A DNA stretch of 64,000 nucleotides from Pyrinomonadaceae bacterium. GTDB lineage: Bacteria > Acidobacteriota > Blastocatellia > Pyrinomonadales > Pyrinomonadaceae. Under the pieces are notes generated by a model that saw only the letters and a list, made by a program, of their open reading frames with translations, made no database searches and had not been told where the DNA came from. Of this stretch, positions 20,333 to 30,354 are shown piece by piece (the first letter of the stretch is position 1; every line of letters starts with the position of its first letter). Where the stretch lies: the NCBI GenBank assembly GCA_046313635.1, contig JBKBYA010000002.1, positions 352,001-416,000 of the forward strand, given 5' to 3'. Made by a program: the position numbers and the translations under genes.

Positions 20333-20608
20333 TCAGATAAAGACGACCGACTGCGACGTCGGGATCTCAAATCTCTTGCGGCAGCGCATATTGCGGCACG
20401 CGAGCACGTCGTCGACGCGGACCATGTAGTCGCGCGACTTTTGAAATCGAGCGCGGTCCTGCTCGCTCAGCCGCCGCGGCTCCTGCTTCTTTTTTGTCCG
20501 CGTGATCCACCGAACGTCGTACTCGGCGCGCTCGCGGCAGAATGGGCATGTGAATGTCGCCTTCTTGATCTCGCTGCGTTCGTCAAAAATATCGCGTTCG
20601 TGGAGCAT
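20333..20608 (-). CDS. Small putative Zn-binding protein (CPFC...C-x4-C)
   Basis: 91-aa basic ORF with two Cys pairs; TACAAT 6 nt before ATG. Confidence 0.75.
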   Translation of the reverse strand: MLHERDIFDERSEIKKATFTCPFCRERAEYDVRWITRTKKKQEPRRLSEQDRARFQKSRDYMVRVDDVLACRNMRCRKRFEIPTSQSVVFI

Positions 20609-20666
20609 GCCCGTATTGTAGCGTTTTTGAAGCGTCGGATGATAGCCTCGCGGCCGCTGGCGGGCG

Positions 20667-20957
20667 TCAGGCAAGCTGCTTTAGGTATGCAAAACTGAAA
20701 ATGCCGGTCTCGTGACCGTCCGAGAAGTGAAAGTTGAGCGCGTAGCGGCCGACGATCGCCGTCCGCTCGATCGAGATGTCCCGCGGGATGCTCGTGTCGT
20801 CGAGCATCTTTTCGCCGGTCCACTCGTTGATGCAGCCGGCGCACGGGCACGAGCGGCGAAGCTCGAAGGCGTTGTAACGCGACTCGGCGCCGTCCGACCA
20901 GACGATGGTCATTTCGCGATCGTTCTCTTCGATTATCTGCGCGGGCTGGGCGTTCAT
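20667..20957 (-). CDS. DUF971 / GBBH-like N-terminal domain protein
   Basis: WSDG..S.Y....LR..CPCA.C...VGRYAL.F.FSDGH.TGIFS. Confidence 0.9.
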   Translation of the reverse strand: MNAQPAQIIEENDREMTIVWSDGAESRYNAFELRRSCPCAGCINEWTGEKMLDDTSIPRDISIERTAIVGRYALNFHFSDGHETGIFSFAYLKQLA

Positions 20958-21286
20958 TATGCGAGGCGAGAGGCGATATCGTCGGCGGTTATGTCAAAGT
21001 GCGATGCGTGGTAAACGACCTCGCCGTTGTGCAGGATGATCGCCTGCGGCGACTCGTGACGGATGCCCGTGCGGCGCTCGATCTCGCGCGAGATCTCGCG
21101 GTCGTCCTGCACGATGACGACGTTGAGCGGAGCGTCCGATCCCGAAACGTCGCGAAAGACGCTCGCGCTGATGCCGCACGTTACGCTGTGCTTGAAGAGC
21201 AGCACCGGATGAGTGCGTGAGTTGCTGATCGCCTGCTCGAGCTTTTCGATCGTGTCGAGGCGATTCATATTTGCGGGGATCGTCAT
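20957..21286 (-). CDS. ytxJ: YtxJ-family monothiol thioredoxin-like protein (DUF2847)
   Basis: FKHS.TCGIS and GIRHESPQ...YHASH.DIT motifs. Confidence 0.85.
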   Translation of the reverse strand: MTIPANMNRLDTIEKLEQAISNSRTHPVLLFKHSVTCGISASVFRDVSGSDAPLNVVIVQDDREISREIERRTGIRHESPQAIILHNGEVVYHASHFDITADDIASRLA

Positions 21287-21999
21287 AGTCCTCGATATGC
21301 ATTTGGCGGCGGCGGCAGGTCTGAGCCGGTGTCTAGCCGCGGAAATACTTTTCTGTATGCTACCACGTTGGTCGCGAGCATCAGAGGCATCGCGAGATAC
21401 ACGCCGACGCCGCACAGCAGCAGACCTGCGAACGTAAGGCCCATATTCACGAGAATGAGGCCGACCACGCCGCCCAGATTCTTGAGCACCGCGCGGGCGC
21501 TCGTCGTGATCGACCGCACGGCGCCGAGCCGGCGATCGACGATCAGCGGAAAGCTGAAGATCAGCAGCGTGTGCAGGCAGACCATCACGACGATGACGAT
21601 CAGATCGACCACCGCGGCCCCGACGATCATTGCGATCAATTCATCCTCGCTCAGCCGCGGGCCCGTCACTATCGCCAGCGCAATGGGCACGTAGATGAGC
21701 GCGCAGACCAGCACCATCGGCACGACGATCACCAGCGTCACGACGAGGCCCGGCCAAAAGAATTCAAGTCCTTTCCACACGTCGTCGAGCGCGAGCTCGC
21801 CGCCGTCCATCTTGCGGAGCAGCGCGTAAAAGATGCCGCACATCATCGCGCCGAGCAGAATGTACATCGTCACGCCCCCGACCAGCATGCCGACGAGCGT
21901 TATGGCAAAGGCGAGCCAGTAGTCAGGCCTGATGACGGCCCAGGCCTCTTTGGCGCATCCGATGGGCTCGATCGCGTCGGTATTGAATTCGGCATGCAT
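21283..21999 (-). CDS. Hypothetical integral membrane protein
   Basis: About five hydrophobic segments, C-terminal PPPP; overlaps ytxJ start. Confidence 0.8.
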   Translation of the reverse strand: MHAEFNTDAIEPIGCAKEAWAVIRPDYWLAFAITLVGMLVGGVTMYILLGAMMCGIFYALLRKMDGGELALDDVWKGLEFFWPGLVVTLVIVVPMVLVCALIYVPIALAIVTGPRLSEDELIAMIVGAAVVDLIVIVVMVCLHTLLIFSFPLIVDRRLGAVRSITTSARAVLKNLGGVVGLILVNMGLTFAGLLLCGVGVYLAMPLMLATNVVAYRKVFPRLDTGSDLPPPPNAYRGL

Positions 22000-22089
22000 A
22001 GGACAGAGCCTCGGACTGATCGGGCCAAAACGAAAGGCAGCGTGCGGTTCGCGGCCATATCATAAGCAAGTTCCGCCGGGCGGCAAAAG

Positions 22090-24285
22090 CTATCCGTTGT
22101 AAATGCGCTCGACGTATTCGCTTACCATTCGGTCGGCCGAGAACTGCGGCGTCAGAGTCGCGATGGCGTTCTTCATCCGCCGCACCCAGTCGACCGGCAC
22201 GCCTCTCTCGTCGCGGGCATAAAAGGCGGGAATGATCGAGCTTTCGAGCGTATCGTACAGAGATTCGACGTCGGCCGCGTCGGTCGCGGCGGCGTCGCCG
22301 CTGTCATCGAGCCCGGCGATAGCAAAGCCGTTCTCGCCGTTGAAGCCCTCGATCCACCAGCCGTCGAGGATCGAAAAATTGAGTACGCCGTTCATCGCGG
22401 CCTTCATTCCGCTCGTGCCGCTTGCCTCAAGCGGCCGCCGCGGCACGTTCATCCAGACGTCAACGCCGTGCACGAGGTAGCGGGCGATCTCCTGATCGTA
22501 GTCCTCGATAAATACCGCTCGCGACTGCCATCCGGAATTGTGGTTGAGGCCCATCAGCTTTTGCAGCATCTCTTTGCCGGGCCGGTCCTGCGGGTGCGCC
22601 TTGCCCGCAAATACGAACTGCACCGGGCGCTCGGCGTCGTCGACAAGCCTGAGCAGGCGCTCGACGTCGGAAAGGATAAGATCCCAGCGTTTATAGGCCG
22701 CGACTCGCCGAGCAAAGCCGATCGTCAGGGCCGACGGCGAGAGCAGAGAGCTCGTGTCGAGCCGCTCGTTGATCGTATCGCGGCCGCCGATGTCGGTCCG
22801 CTTCGTCCTGACGCGGACAAAGGCGACCAGCAGCTCCTTGAGCGTCGAATGCACCGACCAGATCTCGTCGTCCGAGATCGTGTCGAGGGCCGACCTCCAT
22901 GCTGCGGGGTCGCGTGCGACCTCGAGCCAACGCGGGCCGATCCGGCGTTCAAAGAGGTCCTCAAAGAGAGGCGCGATCCACGTCGGAGCATGGACGCCAT
23001 TGGTCACGTGACCGATCGGCACCTGGTCGGGGCCGTCGACCTCGGGAAACATCTTGAGCCAAAGTTTGCGCGAGACCTCGCCGTGTCTGGCGGCGACGCC
23101 GTTGGCCGAGCGGCACATTCTGAGGGCAAAGGGCGTCATTCCGAAAGGCTCGGCCGCGTTCGACGGATCTGTCCTGCCGAGCGCGGCAAAGTCCTCGCGC
23201 GACAGCTTGAGGGCCGCGATGTAGTCTTGGCGAAAGCAAGCTTTCAGCACCTCGGGATCAAAGACGTCGTTGCCCGCCTCGACCGGCGTATGCGTGGTAA
23301 AGACGCATTGCCGGCGGACGGCCTGCCGGGCGTCGTCAAAGCTCGCCTCGGGATGCTCGTGAATGTACTCGGTCGCGAGCTCGAGCGTGAGAAAGGCCGA
23401 GTGGCCCTCATTCAGATGAAACACCGACGGGCGGCAGTCAAGCCGCCGCAGCAGCCGCACGCCGCCGATGCCGAGCAGCTTTTCCTGCACAATGCGCGTC
23501 TCGGTATCGCCGCCGTAGAGGTGGCCCGTGATCAGGCGGTCGATCTCGTCGTTCTCCGGCAGATTCGAATCGAGCAGGTAGAGCGGTACGCGGCCGACGC
23601 GCGCGAGCCACGCTTGAGCATGGACCTCGCGGCCGCGGATATGCACCGAGACCTTAATGCGCTCGCCGGCGTCGTCGACGACCGGTGTCAACGCGAGCTC
23701 GGAGGCAAAGAGGTCCTGGTAACGCTCCTCCTGCCAGCCGTCGTGCGAGATGCGCTGGCGAAAGTAGCCATAGCGATACAAGAGCCCGACGGCGACCAGC
23801 GGCACGCCGAGATCGCTCGCCGACTTGAGATGATCGCCGGCGAGGATGCCTAGTCCGCCGGAGTAATTCGGCAGTGAGTTGTGCACGCCGTACTCGGCGC
23901 AAAAATAGGCTGCCGGTCGCTCCTGTGTCACTTGCCCGAGATCGCCAAACTCTTTCGCGAGGTACTGATCAAGCCGCGCGTCGAACGCCGCGAGAGCGCG
24001 AAGGTAATCGGCGTCTGCCGATGCCTGCAGCAGCCTCAGATCGTCGATGCGAGTGAGAAGCTCGCGCGGATTCTGTTCGCAGTCGTCCCAGAGCTTTGGC
24101 TCGAGCCGCCGGAAGAGATCGACCCCGCCGGGCAGCCAGCTCCACGCGAAATTGAGCGAAATGCGGTCAAGAGCGGCGAGATTTGCAGGAAGCTCGCGCC
24201 GGAGCGAAAAGTCGCGGCGAAAGCCCTCGCTCGCGAACGTCGTATGTGAGGCCGTTTCGTCGGCCGAAGCTTGTGCGGCGTGCAT
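22090..24285 (-). CDS. glgP: Alpha-glucan (glycogen/maltodextrin) phosphorylase
   Basis: YSGGLGILAGDHLKSASDLG, HLNEGH, EASGTSGMK (PLP Lys); start uncertain (24285-24297). Confidence 0.95.
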   Translation of the reverse strand: MHAAQASADETASHTTFASEGFRRDFSLRRELPANLAALDRISLNFAWSWLPGGVDLFRRLEPKLWDDCEQNPRELLTRIDDLRLLQASADADYLRALAAFDARLDQYLAKEFGDLGQVTQERPAAYFCAEYGVHNSLPNYSGGLGILAGDHLKSASDLGVPLVAVGLLYRYGYFRQRISHDGWQEERYQDLFASELALTPVVDDAGERIKVSVHIRGREVHAQAWLARVGRVPLYLLDSNLPENDEIDRLITGHLYGGDTETRIVQEKLLGIGGVRLLRRLDCRPSVFHLNEGHSAFLTLELATEYIHEHPEASFDDARQAVRRQCVFTTHTPVEAGNDVFDPEVLKACFRQDYIAALKLSREDFAALGRTDPSNAAEPFGMTPFALRMCRSANGVAARHGEVSRKLWLKMFPEVDGPDQVPIGHVTNGVHAPTWIAPLFEDLFERRIGPRWLEVARDPAAWRSALDTISDDEIWSVHSTLKELLVAFVRVRTKRTDIGGRDTINERLDTSSLLSPSALTIGFARRVAAYKRWDLILSDVERLLRLVDDAERPVQFVFAGKAHPQDRPGKEMLQKLMGLNHNSGWQSRAVFIEDYDQEIARYLVHGVDVWMNVPRRPLEASGTSGMKAAMNGVLNFSILDGWWIEGFNGENGFAIAGLDDSGDAAATDAADVESLYDTLESSIIPAFYARDERGVPVDWVRRMKNAIATLTPQFSADRMVSEYVERIYNG

Positions 24286-24412
24286 ATTGTCCGACACCAG
24301 GGATCGTAAAACCTCCTCTTCTGTTGTTTCCAGAATACTAAATTCAGCCGTGAAGTGGCGTGCGGCCGAGCGGCAAAATTTGAACGTCGATGTGGCGGCC
24401 GCCGATCTCGTG

Positions 24413-24964
24413 TCAGAGATCGAACCGCTGGTGTCGAATAAAGGTCTCGGCGTCGGCCCGCGAAAAAAAGACGAGACGGACCGTACGGATCGTGTAGAGC
24501 TCGGCGAGCGCTTGGGCGACGGCCCGCGAGGCGACGGCGGCAGCGTCAGGTTTCGGATAGGAGTATGCGCCGGTCGAGATCGAGGGAAAGGCGACCGACC
24601 CGATCGAGTGCTCGGCCGCGAGCCGAAGTGAATTGACGTACGCGGCCGAGAGCAGATGCGGCTCGTCGCCGCCGTGCCGGCCGTAGATCGGCCCGACGGT
24701 GTGAATGACATATTTTGCGGGCAGCAGTCCGGCGCTCGTAATGACGGCCTCGCCCGTCGGGAGTCCGGCGGGATATCTTGTCTCGCGTATCCGACGGCAT
24801 TCCTCGAGAATGGCGGGCCCGCCGGCATCGTGGATCGCGCCGTCGACGCCGCCGCCGCCGAGCAGAGTGGAATTTGCGGCGTTCACTATCGCGTCGACCG
24901 CTTCGAGAGTGATGTCGCCAACTTTTATCCGCACACGGCCGTCGAGGAATTCGGTGATCGCCAT
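24413..24964 (-). CDS. Macro domain O-acetyl-ADP-ribose deacetylase (YmdB/MacroD-like)
   Basis: [40 protein letters not shown]. Confidence 0.95.
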   Translation of the reverse strand: MAITEFLDGRVRIKVGDITLEAVDAIVNAANSTLLGGGGVDGAIHDAGGPAILEECRRIRETRYPAGLPTGEAVITSAGLLPAKYVIHTVGPIYGRHGGDEPHLLSAAYVNSLRLAAEHSIGSVAFPSISTGAYSYPKPDAAAVASRAVAQALAELYTIRTVRLVFFSRADAETFIRHQRFDL

Positions 24965-25136
24965 TCCTCGAAGATATCATTTGAGCTCGATACCAGTCGT
25001 TAACGGAAGCGAGCGGACCAAAAGTTTCAGCTTTCTTGAGAGCGTGCCGCGATTTACGTAACATTTGTTCTTCGGTGCGATCTTGTGCAGATGTTGCAGC
25101 GGTGAATTTTGATCCGGACCGCTTGGAAGAGAGCCT

Positions 25137-25164
25137 GACAACCGACCACCGACAATCGACAACT
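25137..25164. repeat. Heptamer tandem repeat GACAACC-like x4
   Basis: GACAACC GACCACC GACAATC GACAACT. Confidence 0.7.
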
Positions 25165-25172
25165 TCACTCTT

Positions 25173-26228
25173 ATGAACCTGAACATCATTCCCGTCGAAT
25201 GGACCGACGAGGGCGTCCGAATGCTCGACCAGCGTTTGCTGCCGACCGAAGAGAAATGGTTGATGCTGCGCACCTGCGACGAGGTCGCGCGAGGCATCAA
25301 GGACATGGTCGTCCGCGGCGCCCCGGCGATCGGCGTTTCGGCGGCGTACGGCGTCGCGCTCGGCGCGAGTCAATTCGTCGGCACGACGGTCGAAGATCTC
25401 GAGGACGAGCTCGAATATATCTGCGACGTGCTCGGCAAGACTCGGCCGACGGCGGTCAATCTCTTTTGGGCGATCGATCGAATGAAGCGCACGTTCCAAC
25501 GTGCGAAGTCGGAAGGGAAGTCGGTCAGCGAGGTCAAGCAGATACTTATCGACGAAGCGAAAGCGATCCACGAAGAAGACATCGAAGCGCAGCGGCTGAT
25601 AGCGAAGTTCGGCGGTGAGCTGATCGAGGATGACTCGACCGTTCTAACGCACTGCAACGCCGGGGCTCTCGCGACGGGCGGGGTCTGGGGCACGGCGTTG
25701 GGCGTCATTCGCGGCGCGGTCGATCAGGGAAAAAAGGTCTCGGTCATCGCCGACGAGACGCGGCCGTACCTGCAGGGAGCTCGTCTGACCGCCTGGGAGC
25801 TGCTCAAGGACGACATTCCCGTGACGCTCATCACCGACAACATGAGCGGTCATATGATGAAAAAGGGAAAGGTCCAGGCCGTCGTCGTCGGGGCCGACCG
25901 CATCGCCGCGAATGGCGACGCCGCGAACAAGATCGGCACGTATATGGTCGCGGTTCTCGCGCGTCAGCACGGGATCCCGTTCTACGTCGCCGCGCCGCTC
26001 TCGACCGTCGATCTTGACTGCCCGACCGGCGACGAGATCCCGATCGAGGAACGCGACCCTCGCGAGGTGACGCACGTCAAGGACATTCAGCTCGCACCTG
26101 AAGGGATCGATGTCGGCAACTACGCTTTTGACGTGACGCCAAACGAGCTGATCGCGGCGATAATTACCGAAAAGGGCGTCGCGAGAGCTCCTTACACGGA
26201 AAGCCTGAAAAAGCAGTTCGAAAGTTGA
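25173..26228 (+). CDS. mtnA: S-methyl-5-thioribose-1-phosphate isomerase
   Basis: [42 protein letters not shown]. Confidence 0.97.
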   Translation: MNLNIIPVEWTDEGVRMLDQRLLPTEEKWLMLRTCDEVARGIKDMVVRGAPAIGVSAAYGVALGASQFVGTTVEDLEDELEYICDVLGKTRPTAVNLFWAIDRMKRTFQRAKSEGKSVSEVKQILIDEAKAIHEEDIEAQRLIAKFGGELIEDDSTVLTHCNAGALATGGVWGTALGVIRGAVDQGKKVSVIADETRPYLQGARLTAWELLKDDIPVTLITDNMSGHMMKKGKVQAVVVGADRIAANGDAANKIGTYMVAVLARQHGIPFYVAAPLSTVDLDCPTGDEIPIEERDPREVTHVKDIQLAPEGIDVGNYAFDVTPNELIAAIITEKGVARAPYTESLKKQFES

Positions 26229-26273
26229 GGTGCTATACTGACAGCCAACCGAGTGACCATTCATTTTTAGACT

Positions 26274-28019
26274 ATGATCGAACGCGAACAGATCGAGATG
26301 GACGTGGTTTTTGTCGGCGCGGGGCCGGCAAACCTCGCCGCGGCGCTACACCTGAAGAACCAGACCAGAGAGCATAACCGATACGTCGAGAGCGGCATCA
26401 AGCCCGGCCGCGTGATCGACGATCTGGAGATCGCGATCGTCGAAAAAGGTTCCTTCGTCGGAGCGCACATTCTCTCAGGGGCCGTGATGGACGCGCGGGC
26501 AATCCGCGAACTGATGCCCGACTTTCTCGAGCAGGGCTGCCCGGTCGACACGGTCGTGACCGAGGATGAATTTTGGTACTTGACCGAGAAGAGCTCGATC
26601 AATTCGCCGATCGTCCCGCCGCCGCTCAAGAACAAGGGGAAATACATCCTGTCGCTTTCGAAAATGTGCGAGTGGCTGGCCGAAAAATGTGAAGAAGCGG
26701 GCATCAACATCTTTCCCGAATTTCCGGCGAGCGAGGTCTTGTACGGCGACGACGATCGCGTGATCGGCATCCGCACCGGCGACAAGGGCATCGGCAAGGA
26801 TGGGCAGCCAAAGCCCAACTTCGAACCCGGCGTCGACATCCTCGCAAAGGTCACCGTCCTCGGCGAAGGCTCGCGCGGCTCTCTTGCCAAGCAGCTGATG
26901 GCGCGGCTCGGCCTGATGAACGGCAAAGAGCCGCAGATGTTCTCGCTCGGCGTAAAAGAACTCTGGGAGGTCCCGGAAGGGAATTTTGCGGAGGGCAAGG
27001 TCGTCCATACGCTCGGCTTCCCGTCGGACAACGACACGTACGGCGGCGGCTGGATCTACGGGATGAAGAACAACGTCGTCAGCATCGGCTACGTGACCGG
27101 TCTCGATTACAAAGATCCGCTGATCGATCCGCACGCGGAATTTCAAAAATTCAAGACGCATCCCAAGGTCGCCGCCGTTCTCAAGGGCGGCAAGATGATC
27201 AAGTACGGCGCCAAGACGATCAACGCCGGCGGCTACTGGACGATGCCGCGGCTGTACGCCGACGGCGTGCTGCTCGTCGGCGACACGGCGTCATTCCTCA
27301 ACGGCCAAAGGATCAAGGGGATCCACACGGCGATGAAATCGGGAATGCTCGCCGCCGAGACGATCGTCGCGGCATTCGATCATCAGGATTTTTCGGCGCG
27401 GACGCTCAAGCATTACGACGACAAGGTAAATATGAGCTGGATCTACGACGAACTGTATCCGGTGCGGAACTTTCACGCGTCGTTCCAGGCCGGCAGGATG
27501 TCGGCGCTCGTCAACGGCGGACTGCAGTACGTGACGGGCGGTTTGTCGTGGGGATTCATGCCGAAGGAGCATCACGTCGCCGGGCACAAACGGATGGAGG
27601 AGCTCAACGGCGGTTTGCCTAACAAGGACGGCCTCAACGGCCTCGGCCCCAACGACCATCTCGCGGGCACGCGCCGCTACGGTGCGCTGAAATTCGATAA
27701 AGAACTGACCTTTGACAAGGTCACCGACGTCTATCACGGCGCGGTCGCCCACGACGAGGACCAGCCGTCGCACCTGCACGTGCTCGACACCGAACTGTGC
27801 GCGACTCGCTGCGCCGAGGAGTACGGCAACCCGTGCCAGCGATTTTGCCCGGCCGCGGTCTACGAGATGGAGGTCAACTCCGCCACCGGACGCCGCGAGC
27901 TGAAGGTAAATTTCTCAAACTGCGTTCACTGCAAGACCTGCGACATAATGGACCCGTACCAGATCATCAACTGGGTCACGCCCGAGGGCGGCGGCGGACC
28001 GAATTACAAGGGAATGTAA
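26274..28019 (+). CDS. Electron transfer flavoprotein-ubiquinone oxidoreductase
   Basis: FAD-binding VGAGPA, GAHILSGA, KGIHTAMKSG, C-terminal 4Fe-4S CPA.VYE...NCVHCKTCDI. Confidence 0.95.
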   Translation: MIEREQIEMDVVFVGAGPANLAAALHLKNQTREHNRYVESGIKPGRVIDDLEIAIVEKGSFVGAHILSGAVMDARAIRELMPDFLEQGCPVDTVVTEDEFWYLTEKSSINSPIVPPPLKNKGKYILSLSKMCEWLAEKCEEAGINIFPEFPASEVLYGDDDRVIGIRTGDKGIGKDGQPKPNFEPGVDILAKVTVLGEGSRGSLAKQLMARLGLMNGKEPQMFSLGVKELWEVPEGNFAEGKVVHTLGFPSDNDTYGGGWIYGMKNNVVSIGYVTGLDYKDPLIDPHAEFQKFKTHPKVAAVLKGGKMIKYGAKTINAGGYWTMPRLYADGVLLVGDTASFLNGQRIKGIHTAMKSGMLAAETIVAAFDHQDFSARTLKHYDDKVNMSWIYDELYPVRNFHASFQAGRMSALVNGGLQYVTGGLSWGFMPKEHHVAGHKRMEELNGGLPNKDGLNGLGPNDHLAGTRRYGALKFDKELTFDKVTDVYHGAVAHDEDQPSHLHVLDTELCATRCAEEYGNPCQRFCPAAVYEMEVNSATGRRELKVNFSNCVHCKTCDIMDPYQIINWVTPEGGGGPNYKGM

Positions 28020-28081
28020 CTTGCTCGTCTAACCTCCGAATTTACTTTCGTCTCGATTTGAGACAATTCAAGGAGGTTGAA

Positions 28082-28300
28082 ATGGGCATTTTTAACAGCA
28101 ACAGCGACGAGGCCGAAGGCAAATGGGAGCAGGTCAAGGGGACCGTTAAAGACAAGGCCGGCGAGATCACCGGCGACCGGGATCTGGAGGCCGAGGGCGA
28201 GGCTCAGAATGTCGGCGGCAAAGCACAGGAGGGCTGGGGCAAGATCAAACACGGGGTCGCCGACACGCTCGATTCTGTGAAGGATTCGATAAATCGCTGA
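28082..28300 (+). CDS. CsbD-family stress protein
   Basis: AGGAGG SD; D..EGKW.QVKG.VK...G..TGD.DLEAEG. Confidence 0.9.
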   Translation: MGIFNSNSDEAEGKWEQVKGTVKDKAGEITGDRDLEAEGEAQNVGGKAQEGWGKIKHGVADTLDSVKDSINR

Positions 28301-28324
28301 CAGTTACATAACCAAACCAGACTA

Positions 28325-28350
28325 GAGGTCGTCTGAAAAGGCGGCCTCTT
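28325..28350 (+). terminator. GAAA-loop hairpin (repeat family copy 2)
   Basis: GAGGTCGTCT-GAAA-AGGCGGCCTC-TT. Confidence 0.7.
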
Positions 28351-28470
28351 ATTCATTTGGCCAGTCGATCAGTCATTCGCTATTTGAACGGCTTTATGAA
28401 GAGACATCAGAAAACGGGCGATGCCCGACGCCGCACGGCCGCAAAAGCCGACGGCGGCCCGGCCAAATGC

Positions 28471-28500
28471 AAAAAGGCTGCCCTTCAGACAGCCTCTTTT
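28471..28500 (-). terminator. Hairpin terminator for rpoZ (repeat family copy 3)
   Basis: Minus strand GAGGCTGTCT-GAA-GGGCAGCCTTTTT; A and T runs on both sides. Confidence 0.75.
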
Positions 28501-28519
28501 CACTGCTATTTACGGCCGA

Positions 28520-28774
28520 TCAGCGGCCCTGCTTTTCAGCATCGAGGATCTCGAAATTGACCTTCCGTTCGCTGATCTCCTTGAGCGCGACACGTGTCGG
28601 CTTTGTCTTTCGCAGGTCGGCGTCGACGCGCGGCTGGGCACCGCGTTGGAGCTGCTTGCTCCGCTGTGCGGCTAGAATGATCAGGCGGTACTTGGAATCG
28701 ATCTCGGGCGGATCGATCTTTGTCAGATCGACCTCTTCCGTTTCCGGTGCGGTTTCTTTTGCTTTAGCGGCCAT
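28520..28774 (-). CDS. rpoZ: RNA polymerase omega subunit
   Basis: IDSKYRLIILAAQRSKQL...KP.RVALKEI; downstream of gmk. Confidence 0.93.
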   Translation of the reverse strand: MAAKAKETAPETEEVDLTKIDPPEIDSKYRLIILAAQRSKQLQRGAQPRVDADLRKTKPTRVALKEISERKVNFEILDAEKQGR

Positions 28775-28790
28775 AATCTTGAGTTCCTTA

Positions 28791-29420
28791 TCACGGAGTC
28801 TCTCGCGGGGTGACTCCGAAACTACCAAGGATACTGCAGATAGCTTCGGTTTGTCTAACCGGACGCTGTCGATCGCCGATGATGACCGATGCCAGCTTGC
28901 GTGCGGCGGAGAAGATCTCGTCGTTGATGATGACGTATTTGAATCGCGAATACTGCATCACCTCGCCCACCGAATTGCGGAGCCGCAGCTCGAGATCGTC
29001 GTGGTCCTCGGTGCCTCGTGCGATCAGTCGAGCTTTAAGCACCTCAAATGACGGCGGCAGGATAAAGATGCTGAGCGCGTCGGGCCGCTTTTCCATTACG
29101 GCCAAGGCGCCCTGAACGTCGATCTCGAGGATCACGTCGCGGCCCTCGTCGGTCATCCGCTCGACGAATGAGGCCGACGTCCCGTACATATTGCCGTGGA
29201 CCTCGGCGTACTCGAGAAAGCCGCCGGCCGCGATCTGGTCGTCGAACTCCTCTCTAGAAACGAAGTGATAGTGGCGGCCGTCTTCTTCGCCGAATCTCGG
29301 AGCGCGGGTCGTGTACGAGACCGAGTAGCCGAGGTCGGGCACGCTCTCGAGCACCTCTTTGATGAGTGTTCCTTTACCGCCGCCCGAGGGCGAACTTATG
29401 ATGATCAGGTTTCCTTTCAT
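28791..29420 (-). CDS. gmk: Guanylate kinase
   Basis: SSPSGGGKGT, SYTTRAPR.GE.DG..YHF, LEIDVQGA. Confidence 0.97.
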   Translation of the reverse strand: MKGNLIIISSPSGGGKGTLIKEVLESVPDLGYSVSYTTRAPRFGEEDGRHYHFVSREEFDDQIAAGGFLEYAEVHGNMYGTSASFVERMTDEGRDVILEIDVQGALAVMEKRPDALSIFILPPSFEVLKARLIARGTEDHDDLELRLRNSVGEVMQYSRFKYVIINDEIFSAARKLASVIIGDRQRPVRQTEAICSILGSFGVTPRETP

Positions 29421-29473
29421 GACCGCTGAGGGATGCCGCGGAGCAGGCCCGCGGGCGATGTATCCGCCGGAAA

Positions 29474-30352
29474 CTACTCAACATTCTGTACCTGTTCGCG
29501 GATTTTCTCAATCTCGCTTTTGATCGCGAGAGCGTTCTCCTTGATCGCGAGATTGTTGGTCTTTGACGCGATCGTGTTCGCCTCGCGATTGAGCTCCTGC
29601 GTAAGAAAGTCGAGCCGCTTGCCGACGTCGCGTGTGTCTTTCATTATGCCGCGAAACTGCTCGATGTGGCCGCGGAGCCGTGCGATCTCCTCCGAGATGT
29701 CCGAGCGGTCGGCAAGATATGCGACCTCCTGAGCGAGGCGTCCCTGATCGATCTCGATCTGTGCGTCGGTCTTGGCCAAAAGCTCGCCGATCCGCTTGGT
29801 CAGTTTTTGCCGGTACTCGTCGGTAACGGTCTCGCTCGCGGCCTCGATCGGGCCGAGCCGCGATTCGATCTCGCTGAGGCGGCTCTCGAGCTCGTTGTGA
29901 AGGATCTGGCCCTCGTTGGCGCGCATATTCTCGAGGTCGTCGAGCGCGAGGCCGACGGCCTTTTCGACCGCGACGATGAACTCGTCCGAGAGGTCGTCCT
30001 TGCGCGCCGTCAGCACGTTTGGCAGGCGGGCGATCACGTTGAGGTCCGGCTCGCCCGAGAGCGAAAATTCCTCCTGCATCTGCTTCATCGCCGCGATAAA
30101 GCCGCCGATCACCGGCCGGTTAAGCTCGTATGCGACCTCGGCGACGCGGTCGTATTGCAGGTTGACGTCGACGCGGCCGCGTGAGAGGCGATTGCCGATA
30201 ATGCGCTTGATGGTCGACTCGAGCTGCTGCATCTCGCCGTTAAGGCGCAGGGCTACGTCCAGGAAACGATTATTGACGGTCTTTAATTCGACAGTGACGG
30301 CAAAGCCAGTCTCGACCACAACTCCTCGGCCAAAGCCGGTCATCGATCTCAT
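29474..30352 (-). CDS. yicC: YicC/YloC-family endoribonuclease
   Basis: MRSMTGFG, DISEEIARL, GKRLDFLTQELNREANT, REQVQNVE. Confidence 0.95.
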   Translation of the reverse strand: MRSMTGFGRGVVVETGFAVTVELKTVNNRFLDVALRLNGEMQQLESTIKRIIGNRLSRGRVDVNLQYDRVAEVAYELNRPVIGGFIAAMKQMQEEFSLSGEPDLNVIARLPNVLTARKDDLSDEFIVAVEKAVGLALDDLENMRANEGQILHNELESRLSEIESRLGPIEAASETVTDEYRQKLTKRIGELLAKTDAQIEIDQGRLAQEVAYLADRSDISEEIARLRGHIEQFRGIMKDTRDVGKRLDFLTQELNREANTIASKTNNLAIKENALAIKSEIEKIREQVQNVE

Positions 30353-30354
30353 AT

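Noticed and set aside
22090..24828. ORF-track long N-terminal extensions (glgP 912 aa, purA 529 aa, trpB 492 aa, argS 778 aa, aroF 405 aa)
   Set aside because: Extensions overlap neighbouring genes or lack homology; downstream starts fit the family N-termini
24413..24964. Macro domain as antitoxin of a DarTG-like system
   Set aside because: Stand-alone YmdB/MacroD type with no ADP-ribosyltransferase or sirtuin neighbour
25092..25109. TGTTGCA-GCGG-TGAATTT, a possible extra XRE box upstream of the macro-domain gene
   Set aside because: Right half-site matches only 4/7 and lies ~115 bp from the likely -10; needs a PWM scan
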